64,000 bases of DNA from Amphiscolops sp. MND2022 (lineage: Eukaryota). The notes beneath the pieces are model-generated. The model ran no database searches and was not told the DNA's origin. It worked only from the letters and a program-made list of their open reading frames with translations. The position numbers and the translations under genes are program-made. Shown piece by piece: positions 39,300-52,000 of the stretch. Where the stretch lies: positions 20,400,001-20,464,000 of the forward strand of contig OZ076409.1 in the NCBI GenBank assembly GCA_964187785.1, in the 5' to 3' direction. Each line of letters starts with the position of its first letter. Positions within the stretch are counted from its first letter, which is position 1.

Positions 39300-40000
39300 G
39301 AATCATACGACGTGGCTGGGTGAACTAAAGCAGCTTATGGCATTTATCGAAAACAATTATCGGTCCTTATGCTAAACAAATGCTTCACTAAAAGGACTAA
39401 AATAAAGTCTTTCACCACTACAGGAGCTTCAACGTATTTTAGCGCCCGTTAAAATAGTCTGATTTGAAACACAAAAGTGTCTTCTGAAAACTGATTATTA
39501 TGACATAAGACAGTCAGCGATACTTTCCGAGCGCCTTGCTAGAGGAAACCCTTGCGATGAAAAATATCAAAAGAACTGCTCAAAGATGACTTCAAGTTCT
39601 TTCTGTGTGTAGTGTGTTGAAATGAATTTCTAAGAACATAACAGTTGTCACAATTTCGAGTGGAATAGAATCAAACTAAATCCCTCTTCTTAGCAGTTAG
39701 AAATAATGAAACTTCAAAACCAATAACGGTATTGAAAAATCGAAGACCCCCAGATCTAGATGGCCTGGATAATGGAACACTTAGGCCCAGCCATGGTGTA
39801 AATGTAGTTGTGTAACTCCCTTTAAATGCTCTTTATGTGGGCAAATTAGTTTTAAATTGAAGCACACTTGTTTCAAGCACTTGCGGAAAAAGCCGATTTA
39901 TTCAGATCAATTTCAAGCTCGAATGTGTCCAGCCTGCTGCTGTTAGATAAAGGCAGAGCTTTTGATATCATTGATGATAAAACCGTAACTGAAAAGTTTT
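39300..40000 (+). mobile_element. Very decayed LINE RT fragment
   Basis: LKNRRPPDLDGLDNGTL-like segment at ~39730-39780 and an LLLDKG..FDIID-like segment at ~39935-39975 resemble the CR1-type RT copies elsewhere in the window. Confidence 0.35.
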
Positions 40001-40414
40001 ATTTGGTTGACTGATACGAATGTGTCTCAATTATTTGGTATTTTTGAAACTGGAATCTTCCCAAAAACGCGTCTTGAAATAGATATCTGTAGATTTTTAC
40101 TTACGTTATTATTCCCATATGCCGAAACTCAATGTCTTACCGTTTCCAATGTTCTGGCAACTGAACATTTTCTTTTTCTCTCAAAAATTTGGCATCAAAA
40201 TACTGGAGTTTCAAGATTCCCACTTTGCGAACAGAATGGGCTCGCTCTGAATTTTGTTTCAGGACTTGCAGAGTTGTAAATCACCTATCCCACTATGGTT
40301 CTTCTTTAATCCAGATAACCTCAAAAATCAGCTCTTAGACTACATTTGGAGCTACATCAAAAATTTCTACAATTTAAGTTTGAGTTGCTCTTGGACAATC
40401 GCGTGTGACTGTCA

Positions 40415-40993
40415 GGCATGAAACCAGTTTGTAGAAAAGCAGTTGCTAGAATCCAGCTTGTAGAAAAGTGAGGTTCAGTTTGTAGATTTTTTTCTACACA
40501 CTGGACCATGGTACTATTTTGAATTAGATCCAGTTTGTAGAATACCAGTTTGCAGAAATCATCAATTCAAGAAGAAAAACAATAAGATCAATAACGTAGG
40601 AATGCTGCAAAGTATAAAACGTGCCTCGAATTCGTCCCAAATTCCTCTAGTGCCCCGCGGCCCCTTGGGGCCGCATATGTTCCCATCTTGCAAAGCGAGG
40701 TCGAAGAGGAGCAAAGACCTAGCGGGAACGGAGATCGCGAAGCTATCGTAGTGGGGGCTGGTCTTTGCGACGGTGAGAGCTAGCGTGCATACACCGGATA
40801 TGCCCCACATTTCAGTTTTTAGATCTCATTCCCTTAGATCTCAGGCAGTGGAGCTCTCAGGGTCTTGTGTGGAGGATCTTCAGTTTGTAGAATTTAGTGA
40901 TCCAGTTTTTAGAAAAAAATACTACAAACTGGACCACCTAGGACCAATTTGTAGAATTCTACAAACTGATATTCTACAAACTGGACCTAATTC
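40415..40993. mobile_element. MITE (CCAGTTTGTAGAA family) carrying core cassette 2
   Basis: Ends GGCATGAAACCAGTTTGTAGAA / TTCTACAAACTGGACCTAATTC; 8-bp TSD GACTGTCA/GATTGTCA; multiple CAGTTTGTAGAA subterminal repeats; core 2 at 40647-40810. Confidence 0.8.
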
Positions 40994-41258
40994 GATTGTC
41001 AAAACTGCCGCAACACCTAGACTTATGTTTATTGATGGTCGGAAGAAATCCTTCCAGTTAATCTGGGAATCCACAAAACAACAACATTTGTATGTTCTCT
41101 CTCCTGCTCCAAGACTTCTTGAACATGATAAAAGTAGTGTTCGAATCGTTTCGTACAAATTGACGAGGAAGACTCAATGTAGATTCGACAAGGTTTGTTC
41201 TTTGCATTGTTTCTGTATATTGTGGGAATTTTGAAGAAAATATTCTCTAGGTTAACAA

Positions 41259-41905
41259 GGGAGGCGGAAATTTCGTCGCCAGAAATTTCGTCGTCAGAAA
41301 TTTCGTCGTAAGAATTTCCGTCGTATTAGGAAATCCAGAAATTTCGTCGTCAGATAATTCGTCTTCGTAAATTTCGTCGTATTGATAAGAATAACAGCGT
41401 TCATCAAAAGATATCATTTGAATTATACAATTTTAATTATTAAAATGAGATCTTAAGAACAAGTTTCATTTTGACACCAAAAGTGAGTCAAAAAGTTAAT
41501 TGCATTCAATCAACTCATCAAGACGCTTATTAAGCAATGGTATATTTTCAGTCCTACCGGTGGAACTACTTACCGGGGCTTTACAATACAATTCAAGCTT
41601 GCTCCAGGGGGAATTTTTGCTTTTTTGTCGGAAAATTATCAAAAAATCCATTGGTAATGGAACTTTTTGCTTTAAGTGTCGAAACAACTTCGTTTTGGGG
41701 GGATAGGAAGCAAAGTGTATATGGGGAGTTATAACGTCCGAAACTTTTTCTCTCCAAAAACCATAACAAAAAGTAGTCAATGATAGTAATTATTGCACAA
41801 TTATCGATAATTATTAAGACTCAATAATAAGACAATTCCTAATAGATTAAAGAAAATGCGACGTTTTATAGAACGTAATCACCGACGACGAAATTTCTGG
41901 TAATC
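41259..41905. mobile_element. MITE (AAATTTCGTCG family), no core cassette
   Basis: Ends GGGAGGCGGAAATTTCGTCG / CGACGAAATTTCTGGTAATC; perfect 8-bp TSD GTTAACAA; tandem AAATTTCGTCG repeats at the left end. Confidence 0.85.
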
Positions 41906-43249
41906 GTTAACAAGAGTGATTTACAGGGATTTCATGGAAATGGTGAACTGTATATACCAACGTTATCAGAGAATGTTATCACTGATAAGCAGTTGTCCAG
42001 CATGTCGTACAAATTCAGAAGTTTGACGTAGTAGTGCTTACAACGTTGTAAAACTTGCCGCAAAATTCGCAGTGATGACACGTATTGTATCTCAACGTAA
42101 ATGTAAGGTGTACCAAACAATTTCGTTAAAAAAGTTAGAAACAAGATGGTAAGTCACGTTCATTTGGTCACGTGACCAAATAACTACCGCTCATTGGTAG
42201 ATTACCTCTTTTAGTGTCATCTTGTAATTCTCATTAGTTCGACGTCTTTACTACTACTCATCGCATTGGTGTTCACATAAACTCACTGATATATTTTCAG
42301 CGCTATTTGACGTTGTCACAGTCAGAGCATTGTAGGTATAACTGTTATAGTCGGACTCTTTGATATAAAAGCACCGACTGAAAATAGGTATGTGTATCTA
42401 TTGGTACAGATGTTAATTTTGAAAGTAAAACGGTTGAACGTACTTTACAGGACTACTTCTATAGCGATGATGTGTGTTTTACTATATCAATTTTGGCATC
42501 TGTGTAAAAGTATGCAAAGCTTTCCAATTTTTAGCGTCTAGTTTTGTCAATTTTGCGATACACTACAGGGCTTAAAACGACAAAAAAACGTAAGGAAAAA
42601 ATTAGTTGCCCGGGAATCTTTTCTAAAAAATAAATGAAGTCATTCATTGAAAAAGCTTCAAATTGTGGCCGAAATAAAGAAAAATTCCAAAATTTCGGAT
42701 ATTCCACGTTTTAGACAATTTTTGAAAAACTTTCGACAGACGTTGTGGCTTAAATTGTTGAAAACGTTCAACAAGCAAAGAAATCGTTGTCCGTGGAGCT
42801 TTTGTAAGGAAGTAAATGCATTTCTATGAGAAATACTCGGTGGCGTAGAAAAACAAAAACGTCCAACAAGGAAGAATTCGTTGTCCAGATTTTTTTAAAG
42901 AGAATAGAAGCCGTATTTAAGACAAAGATGCTTCAAATTAGGACTGAATCAGACAAAAATTTCAGAATTTTTCCCATTTTCTACATTTTCTGCAACCTTC
43001 ATCAAATTTTGATAGACAAAGTAGTTCAAATTATGAAAACATTAAACAAGAAAAAAATTCTTTGTTCAGTAGTTTTTTTGCGAGGAGATAAATGCTTCTG
43101 TTCGAAAGAAAAAAACTGAACGTGGTCCTTTTAGCTGGGAAAACTGCGGAAAAGCAAAAGGGGCACTTCCGTTGAGGAAACTTTGGGAAAAAATCTTGCA
43201 TAGTGTCGAAAAATCCCAGAAGGGTACCTTCTCCTTTTCGCAGACGAAA

Positions 43250-44250
43250 AAATTATGGTTTCATGAAATATAAATCACCAGGTCTCGTTGGATTGACAGC
43301 TGGTTTATTTGAAGTATCCTTGTCAATCAATCTCTTCCGAATTGAGTTTTTCCCGACATTGTCAAAAAAGGTGAATGTTAATTTATAAATCCGAGAAATA
43401 TAGCTCCTCTCATGGGCGTATATCAGTTCTGTTTGTTCTGTCTGTTTGGGGCAAGATCTTTGAGCGCGTTTTTATGACCAGAAATATAGTTTTTTGGATT
43501 AGATTGGCTCGTTGTACTCCCGACCGTTTGGATTCAGATACACCAACAGCTCAATTTAAGCCCTTTCTGACATTACGGAACTGATGTGAAATAATTCGAC
43601 ACTCAGCATTTGTCGCTTGGCCTTCATAAAGTGTTCGATACAAAAAGACCATAAAACGCTGTTGTTGATGCTAGAAGCATAGGGAGTACGAGCGAGGTGT
43701 ATGCTTGAATTTGTTCAGATCATATATGAACAAACGGGATCAGAGGTTTTCATTAAACGGAAAATTTTCGAACCATCATTTTTCGATAGTGGAGTACAAC
43801 AAGGGTAAATGGTGGGTTCACTGCTTTTCATAGATTATGTGGGTGACTTCCCAATTGATCGAATATCATTCCGTTCCTTGTTGCCGACGATGCCAATTGT
43901 ATCTATGCGAGGAACAAAAAATGAACAACCATCATGATGTTTTCCAGATGAAGTCAATCATATACCAAAGTTGATGCCTATGAAGTAATTGAGTCTTGAT
44001 GAAACTCAACTGTTATATTTCCTCAATTGTAAGGACAGAAATTTTCCGATGGGAAACAATGAAATCACCCGTACGAAGCATATGAATTACTTGGGTACCC
44101 TACACAATGATTACTTCTCCTTCGATTTACTCATCCAACGGAAGATTGCTAGACAAATGCACGTAATTACTCGGTTCAGAAACTATTGATGAACTTCTGA
44201 TCAATGGATCCACTAAAAAACTGAATTCGTCCAGAAAAAATTTCATTGCG
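43250..44250 (+). mobile_element. Decayed CR1-like LINE RT fragment
   Basis: KSPGLVGLTA, ISVLFVLSVWGKIFERV, SGVQQG..GSLLF, LVADDAN and NYLG segments are collinear with the 50050-51540 copy. Confidence 0.55.
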
Positions 44251-44609
44251 TACTGTTTTCAAAAACAGAAACGTTTACTCAGATGGATTTTTTGAGCAGA
44301 GCGGAACAACATTCCTGTTTTTCGTCGGCGCATTTTAGCAAAAAATGAGCACGATTAATACAGTGGCAAGATTTTAAAAACAATTTTGGTCTGGTAATAC
44401 GTTCTTACAGAACTACTAGTTTGCTGAACTGGCAAGCAGAAACGCATCTACGTCAGTGCAAAAAATTTCCTTCTTGTTTATTCAATCTTCAACGGCGACA
44501 ATTTCAGCATGTTTTCAGAAATTCTAACCCGGAATCGAAACGCGAAGGAAAGAGGAAGTATTCATTCTTGGTTCTCCGCTCGGCACGGAAAAGCAGGCAG
44601 ACTTAATGG

Positions 44610-45790
44610 AAAAGAAAATTGGTGAAAAGTTATAGGGATTGTTGAAAAACAGGCTGCGCAATTTTGTCTTTTTGTGTGTTTAAAAACTGCTTCAGACTGC
44701 CAAAGTTGCTGTACTTCTTGAGACCTAGTACATAGTTCATTTATTCGGCTCTCTTCTGAAAGTATGACAATACAGATCGCAACGTACTTTCCAAAGTGTG
44801 TAACGTGAGCTTAGGTGATATTTCAATTGCTCAGCTCTCTCTGTCCGCTTCAATGGGTGGTATTGGGATTTCATCCGCATCGTTATATGCACTTCTCGCC
44901 TTTTTGGCTTCATCTTTTAGTGCAAGTGACCTTCTCACGGAGATTTCCCGGAAGCGTTCCAAGATGTTCAAGTTCACTTGAGAAGTTGTTGAGAAAGTCC
45001 GCACGATAAAACCCATAAAATTTTGACCCAACCTGTTTACGACAAAATCGCTCTTTATTTTCTAAAATAGATCTGAATCGTTCGAACAATTTCAACGCTC
45101 ATCGAGGCAAATTCGGGTCTCATTGACTTAAAATTGTTTGTTGCAATAACCTAGTTCCGAAACATGATGATCAGCAGCTTCGGATTTCGATTGGTTTACG
45201 TCGCGGACCCAACATCTGCTCTGTGCATACGTGCTACTGTTGTAAAAATTGAACGGAACGGCTTATATGGTCTTTTTTGCTCACTTCATAAGGTAAGTGG
45301 CCACTTGCTTCAGAGTCGTTTGGCCTGATGCATTCGGTTTTTGACTTGATTTTTTCAGGCCAAACATCTTGGGTAAAAGTACCTTTGTATAATTCCATTC
45401 AGCGGAAAATCACTATGTTGCAAACGCGCAACCGATTTTGTCCCAATAATAATTATAACGTAGTGAGCTGCTTGGCTATACAACAAATATGGTAAACATA
45501 TATTTTGTTTCTTAAACTTTTCTGTAAAAGTTCAACTCGATTTCAGTGTTCAATAAGTTGTTCACAGCCATTTTTGTGTTAGAATGGACTTGTCCCAGTT
45601 TTCTTGTCCTTGGGTTTGAAAATGACCCGACTTTAATCCAAGTGATTTGTAACCTGTCATGCTCTCGATTCTCTTACAATGCAGACGTTTTGATCTTTCG
45701 ACTTGCCTTCACAACTCGAGCAGGCTGGACTGTACCAAACTGATAGCAAACGCCTAGACGGTGTTGCTGTAGGTGATGTTGCCGCCTAGA
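44610..45790 (+). mobile_element. Decayed CRE-type (RLE) non-LTR fragment
   Basis: QLSLSASMGGIGISSA..ALLAFLAS, DDQQLRISIGLR..ICSVHTCYC and GLYQTDSKRLDGV (RPDG-like RLE motif, ~45726-45764). Confidence 0.6.
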
Positions 45791-45829
45791 CGATGTTCCG
45801 TGTTCCAGGAACTGTTAGCGACAGAGATG

Positions 45830-47330
45830 CAGTTGAAAAAGTTATTACGCAGCTGAAATTATTCTTTAACCAGCTGATTGCATAGAAGTTTCAAGGATTA
45901 TTGAAAACCTGAAGAACCAAAGGTCAATCGGCCTAGATGGGTTCACTACAGCAATATTGAAAGTGAGTCTTAAAGTAAAAACTGAAAAGTTAGCATATCT
46001 TGTGCATGAATCGCTAAGGAGTGGAACATTTCCTCAGCTCTTAAATGCCGCAAGAATGGTACCGATATACAAATCCGGAAAGAAATCTATACGTGGAAAC
46101 TACATGTCTTTTGTCAGTATTGAGCAAAATATTTGAACGTCTTGTCCGTCAGCAATTATTTTATTTCATGGATGAAAATAAACTATTCTACTCCAGAATA
46201 TTTGGATTCAGATCAAAACTCAGTCCCATCCACGCTCTAGCTGATTTTACAGAATTAAATAAGAAATTTCTAAGCTCAAAAATTATTGTGTTTCGCTAGA
46301 GTTACAAAAAGCTTTTTTTACAATGAACAAGGCGTTTCGCCTATACAAACTTGAAGCACAAGATGTCAGAGGGGTCTGCTTCAATTGGTTCAATAAAAGT
46401 GAACGGCGTCAACGTGTTTCAACTAATGGTGAAGTCTGAAAGCCATTATTTATTGACTGGGCTTTTCCGCAAGGATCTGTTCTGGGTCCACTGCTTTTGT
46501 TTATCTATGTTAACGATTTCCCGAAGTCCTGTGAAAACATTAATCGGTTTCTCTTTGCTGATCACTAGAATTGTCTTTACGTGAGAAATAACAAGACGAG
46601 AACGTCTAAAGTCGGCGCCATATCGATGGCTCAAAAAGCGTAAAACACTTTTTTTGAAAAAAAATTGAATTTTTGAAAAAAAATTTTTCATTCAAAAGAA
46701 GTCGCATAGTGCCGAAAAATGTAAAAGGGGGGACCCTTCTGGATTTATTAACAAACATTCCGTTGCAAAATATCAAAAAACTCAATGGAGGGACCCTTTG
46801 AGGACATTAAAAATTTTTCGAAAAAAAGTCGCACAGTTCCGAAAAAAATCCAAAGGGGGGACCCTTTGGGCACGTCCGGTTTTGTATGTTTCCTTGAAAA
46901 AGTGAAAAATGAAAGGGGGCACCCTTTGGAGTAAAGTTTGCCTTGGGCGGACTTGGCCAGGTGCTCTGCGCAAAATTGTAAAAAGTGGACCGATCAGTGT
47001 GAGGATTGTAGTCTGAAGAAAAAAAAAGGTCACTGCTATAGTCGGGCATTTTTCTTTAAAAAGAAAACGCGCCGACTAAAAACGGGTCATCCTCATTGCA
47101 AGATGGATTGAAATAATGATACTCAGTCAAAACATTCGCAAAACTGAATTCTCAACCTAGAAGTATAAAAACTTAGTTTTAAAATGACCGGAATATCTTG
47201 TACTCAATACATTAAATTTTTGGGTATACTCCTTGATGAAAATTCAACTTACGTGTTCCACGTCCAACGAGTATTGAGTAAGTTAGCCGAACAATATTCT
47301 GTTATTAAGTGTCTGAGGCATTTCACCAGT
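45830..47330 (+). mobile_element. Decayed CR1-like LINE RT fragment split by a HINE
   Basis: LLSVLSKIFERLV, FGFRSK, PQGSVLGPLLL..YVNDF, FAD before the HINE; IKFLGILLDE after it. Confidence 0.7.
46590..47080 (-). mobile_element. HINE, terminus type 1
   Basis: AACAAGACGAGAACGTCTAAAGTCGGCGCCATATC ... CTATAGTCGG..AAAACGCGCCGACTAAAAA; inserted in an A/T run. Confidence 0.75.
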
Positions 47331-49061
47331 ATTTCCCACGACCTCATGCTGCAACTTTGCCACATCGTGCCAGTTGTTGTGCCCCATCACTCGATGCCAG
47401 TGCTTGATAGAGTGCGACATCATTGCCAGTGACCCCGTCTCCACAGGTTGAGCCATCACACTGAAAAGTTCGTCGTTTGTCATCAATGGCACAACAGTTC
47501 CATTGGGCATCTTGATGGTTGGGTTGTCATTGAACTGAGTAATTGCCCCCTCGTCCGTCAATCGCTTGACCGACACCAGATTTCTCGCGTAGGATGGTAC
47601 CCAGAAGGCATCCCTCAGTTCGACTAGACAAGAACGGCCAGTATTGTCCTTCACAAAGCATCGCACTGTCCCACGTCCTGTGACCTCTCAACGACTGCTG
47701 TTAGCGTTGCATACGTCTGCTAGAAAACCCTCGTCCAGATCAGAGAAGAGCTCTATGTTCTTGATCATGAAGCCGTTGCACCCAGAGTCAATGAGAAACT
47801 CAACGCTCCCCTTGTCGTATCAACCAGCCCTGAAAGTCCCGAAGTTGAAGAAGTCCGCTGAAGAATGGTTGCTGGATTGACCCGAGCCACATCCTCCAAG
47901 ATGAAGCCAGATGCCCCTTGTGACCACAGTTGAAGCAAGTCCTCGTCTCTCGACTGTGGCTGTCCTTAGCTCGGTTCCCATCTTTCCACACTTGAAGCAT
48001 TTTGGAGGCTTCCTCCCGGCTGAGTGAAATGCTGTCATCCATGTCTCGCTGGAAACACAGAGACCCCTGATTGCTGCGAAGTTGACCAAGTCCTGCTTCA
48101 TTTCGCCCCTTTGCTCTGCCGAAGATGAGGACTGCCACCACACTGTCGAAGTCACTTGGAAGACCCTTGAGAGTCATCGCTGTGAAGAGAGCATCTGAGA
48201 GCAGTTCCCCCGCTTCAGCCAGATACAGTTTGAGCCCTTCTGTATTGGTGAGGAAGTCAGTCACCTTCGCCCCTGATGTCATCTTGAGACCAGTGAGCTG
48301 TTTCATCAGTGACTGAACAGGAGGCCGTTCAGTTGATTTGTGGAGCTTCGTTAAAGTTGTCCTGTCCAGGCTGCAGTCCCATTCGGTTTGAGCCCTCTGG
48401 TGAAGTTGATGCTTCCCTTGTCAGGGCACTGAACCAGCTCGCACCACACGATGTACTGTAGTTTAGCTCGATCTGCTTCTTCCCCCGCTCTCTTGACACG
48501 TTCGTCTTTCGTCTCCACATCTTTTTGAGGTGTTGTTTTGATTATGTCCAGAAGGCAGTCAGAAAGTCCCAGGGCATAGACTCTAACTTCGAACTGCTCC
48601 AGGAAAGTGGGGAAGTCATCCTCTCGTCTACTAAACAGCAGCTTCTCTTGTCGAGAGTGTCGTGGTGCCTTCATCGGCGCTGGTGAGGCTGTGATCAGCT
48701 AAATAGATGGCGTCGTCTGGGAAGCTGCTGGGCCCATAACCTTTCAAAATAGGTTGGGTCGGAATGAAGAACTGAATTGAGATTGATTAGTTATGATCAG
48801 ACTTGGTTTATTTATTTACAATTGCAATTGATGGTAGAAGTGGTTCGGCATTGGGTATATATAGCACCGCGACAGGTACCTGTCAATCAACAAAAAATGG
48901 GCGGTATCAAAAGTTGTCTGGTGTATCGCACAAATAGGTACAAGAAAGTGCGTCATCAAAAGTTGTGTGTGCGATGTCATCTGGCAGGTACTTGAACCTT
49001 AGGGGTCGTGGCTCACCATTCGATCATTGCCGCCTTGCGAACCGGATGGCAAACCTTTACA
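47331..49061 (-). mobile_element. Ty1/Copia element, same family as 9897-11485 (LTR, gag, protease, GAG-pre-integrase; truncated)
   Basis: LTR 48742-49061; PBS reverse complement at 48728-48741; gag MKAPRHSRQEKLLF; zinc knuckles CFKCGK and CFNCGHKGH; protease FLIDSGCNG; HWHRVMGHNN. Confidence 0.9.
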
Positions 49062-52000
49062 TGGACAAACATTCTAAGGTTGAAAATATCTGTAGGGTCC
49101 GGAACGGAACAAGTTTCCCTCTGCGGATGTTTCAGCTTGAGGGCAGCGTAGTTGTCGACCGTGAAATCTGCAATTTTGTCGTCGCCTACTGCCATTCTGA
49201 TTCTGGCCTTAACATTACCTTCGTCAAATTTAATGCAAATGGAAATTAATTGAATATGATTCAAGGAGTTTGCAAAATTTGGCGAGCAGAAAAGTCAAAT
49301 TTTGTATTTCTTACAAAAGAATGTCGTGCCTGTTCGTATCAAAGGCCTCTTCAAAGTCGAATAAGAAGAGTGTAACCAATCAACAATCTGAATAATGGAG
49401 TATTTCTCACCTAGCTTCAGCAGTAATCTCAAGATTGGTGATCCAGTTCGTATTGTTCGAACAATATTACGATAAACGTATTAGAGTATAGGAGGGATAG
49501 CATCTGGACCTCGCCTTTTAGATATTACCAATTTCTTTGCAGTTTGACTTATCTGATCTGTACAAAATTGAAGTCAAAGGATCCCAACTCGGTGTATTCT
49601 AGCATTATTGTTGCGCTAGTCCATTTTTGGAGGCAAAGACTTTCTCTTGATATGTTGCAAGATCCTCAGCAGTTGCAATATCAATCTCTTTTCTTCAGCT
49701 CATAACGATTTCGCTTTGAATTACTGTGTGGTTGTTTTTCATTCACTCTTTTGATGGTTGAGAGTCTATTCGAGGTATCAGGTGTAATCAAAGGGAGAGA
49801 CTTCTGTGTTGCGTTCTCCTTGGAGTGGTGGATTCCAGTTTTTCAGAAATCCAAGCATACCATTCTTCAGCTGTTTGGCCACTGTTGCTAAAAGACTTGG
49901 CCATAAAAGGTTCAATTATGAGTAGTTTGTTGGTATGAGTAGTTCAATTGGTATGAGTAGTTTGTTGGTCGTTTTTCTTTGTTTGTTTCAGTCTTCTGTG
50001 ATAGTGGCTAGTGTGGGGTTTTCTTGTTTTGTGCAGACCACGGGTGTGTCTTCTCCCCCCAAGTTCGATGACACACATGACACTTGATTGATGATGACGA
50101 AGATCCATGGTATTGGGCTGCGAAAAAAATTACTGACGTTTACCAGCTTTTTCAACGAATTTAATCGACTAACTGGTAGACAGAAGAAGAAAAGTAACTT
50201 CATAATCGCAGACAATGATAACAAATTGAACACAGATGATTTTCCCGTATCAAACGTGTTCAATGAGAAGTGCGTTTCGATAAGCAATGTTTAGCTACTT
50301 CAATTCCCACTGTTCCATTCACTACTGAAGGATTATGTAATAATGACAAGAGTCACTTTTATTCTATCCAAATGATTCCCTGGAAATTTTTAAATTTGTA
50401 CGGAACATTGAGAACCATAAAGCGGCCGGATTAGATGGGCTAACTGCTGAAAGTTTGAAGGTTAGTCTTGATGTGATTTGTGATAGCCTGACCTACCTTA
50501 TCAACCAATCGTTATCAAGTGATGTTTTCCCGAAATTTTTGAAAACTGCGAAAATGGTTCCAAGCATTAGATCTGGGGAAAAAAGCAATTGTGAGAATTA
50601 TGGACCCATATCATATTTATCGGTTCTGAGCAAAGTCTTTGAGCAGGTAGTTTTCGAGAGACTGTATAAATTCATGCATGTAAACAATCTTTTCTATTGT
50701 CGTCAATTCGGATTCAGATCAAAAATGAGTACACTGCTTGCACTAACGGACATAATGGAACTGATCCAGAGTAATGCCCTTCTTGATGTATCCCGTATGC
50801 TATTAGATCTAAGAAAAGTTTTTGATACGATAAATCATGAAATTTTGTTTTTCAATTTAGAGAGGTATGGTTTGAGAGGCATTTGTTTAGAAAGGTTCAG
50901 GTCATATCTCAATGATCGCACCTACAGCGTCGCAATTAATAGTCAGTATTCAAATACCCTAGCTGTTGAGTGTGATGTACCACAAGGATCGATTCTAGGA
51001 CCGCTTATGTTTCTAATATACGTCATTGACTTTCCAAGCTCTTGTGATGATATTGTACCGTTCTTGTAGACAAATGATACCAACTGTGTCTATAACCGAT
51101 CGAAAAATTCTATGTCGACACTTCAAAATGAAGTTTAGCATATACCGTTGTAGATAGCAAATTAAATTGAGCCTTCATAGTGGAAAGACTGAGCTTGTGC
51201 ACTTCTTGAGCTGACGGGATGAAAATGTGAAATTGGCAAATACTATCATGTCTCCAACCAACTCACTCTGTGAAGTACCTGGATGTTCACCTGGAATAAA
51301 AATCTGACCTTCCTTGCCCTTGTTCGAAGTTTACCTGGTAAATTGGCTAAACATGTATCAGTGATAATGCGGTTGAGACATTTTTGTAAAAGTTCAATAG
51401 TGATCAGATATTCCAACATTTACATGAAGTCTATCATTTAATACGGTCTTAGTATACGGTTGCACGAAAAAAAGTAAATTGAAGGACATACGTTTGCTCC
51501 AAAAGAAAGTACTTCGAGTTATCTTTTTCAAAAATCGAAGATATAGGTACAAGAAAGTGCGTCATCAAAAGTTGTGTGTGCGATGTCATCTGGCAGGTAC
51601 TTGAACCTTAGGTCGTGGCTCACCATTCGATCATTCCCGCCTTGCGAACCGGATGGCAAACCTTTACATGGACAAACATTCTAAGGTTGAAAATATCTGT
51701 AGGGTCCGGAACGGAACAAGTTTCCCTCTGCGGATGTTTCAGCTTGAGGGCAGCGTAGTTGTCGACCGTGAAATCTGCAATTTTGTCGTCGCCTACTGCC
51801 ATTCTGATTCTGGCCTTAACATTACCTTCGTCAAATTTAATGCAAATGGAAATTAATTGAATATGATTCAAGGAGTTTGAAAAATTCGGCGAGCAGAAAA
51901 GTCAAATTTTGTATTTCTTACAAAAGAATGTCGTGCCTGTTCGTATCAAAGGCCTCTTCAAAGTCGAATAAGAAGAGTGTAACCAATCAACAATCTGAAT

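Noticed and set aside
40647..40810. Core cassettes as hammerhead ribozymes (retrozyme-like)
   Set aside because: No CTGANGA...GAAA catalytic core seen on either strand of either cassette.
41268..41380. Short regularly repeated AAATTTCGTCG units (likewise TCAAAC arrays at 55000-55100 and GGTCGAA arrays at 57265-57500) resembling a CRISPR array
   Set aside because: Units are 6-15 bp without unique ~30-bp spacers, lie at transposon ends, and there are no cas genes; they are subterminal repeats.
42070..42385. Possible solo LTR and a lone HINE end (TATAGTCGG...GCACCGACTGAAAA at ~42345-42384)
   Set aside because: No matching TSD or partner terminus could be identified.
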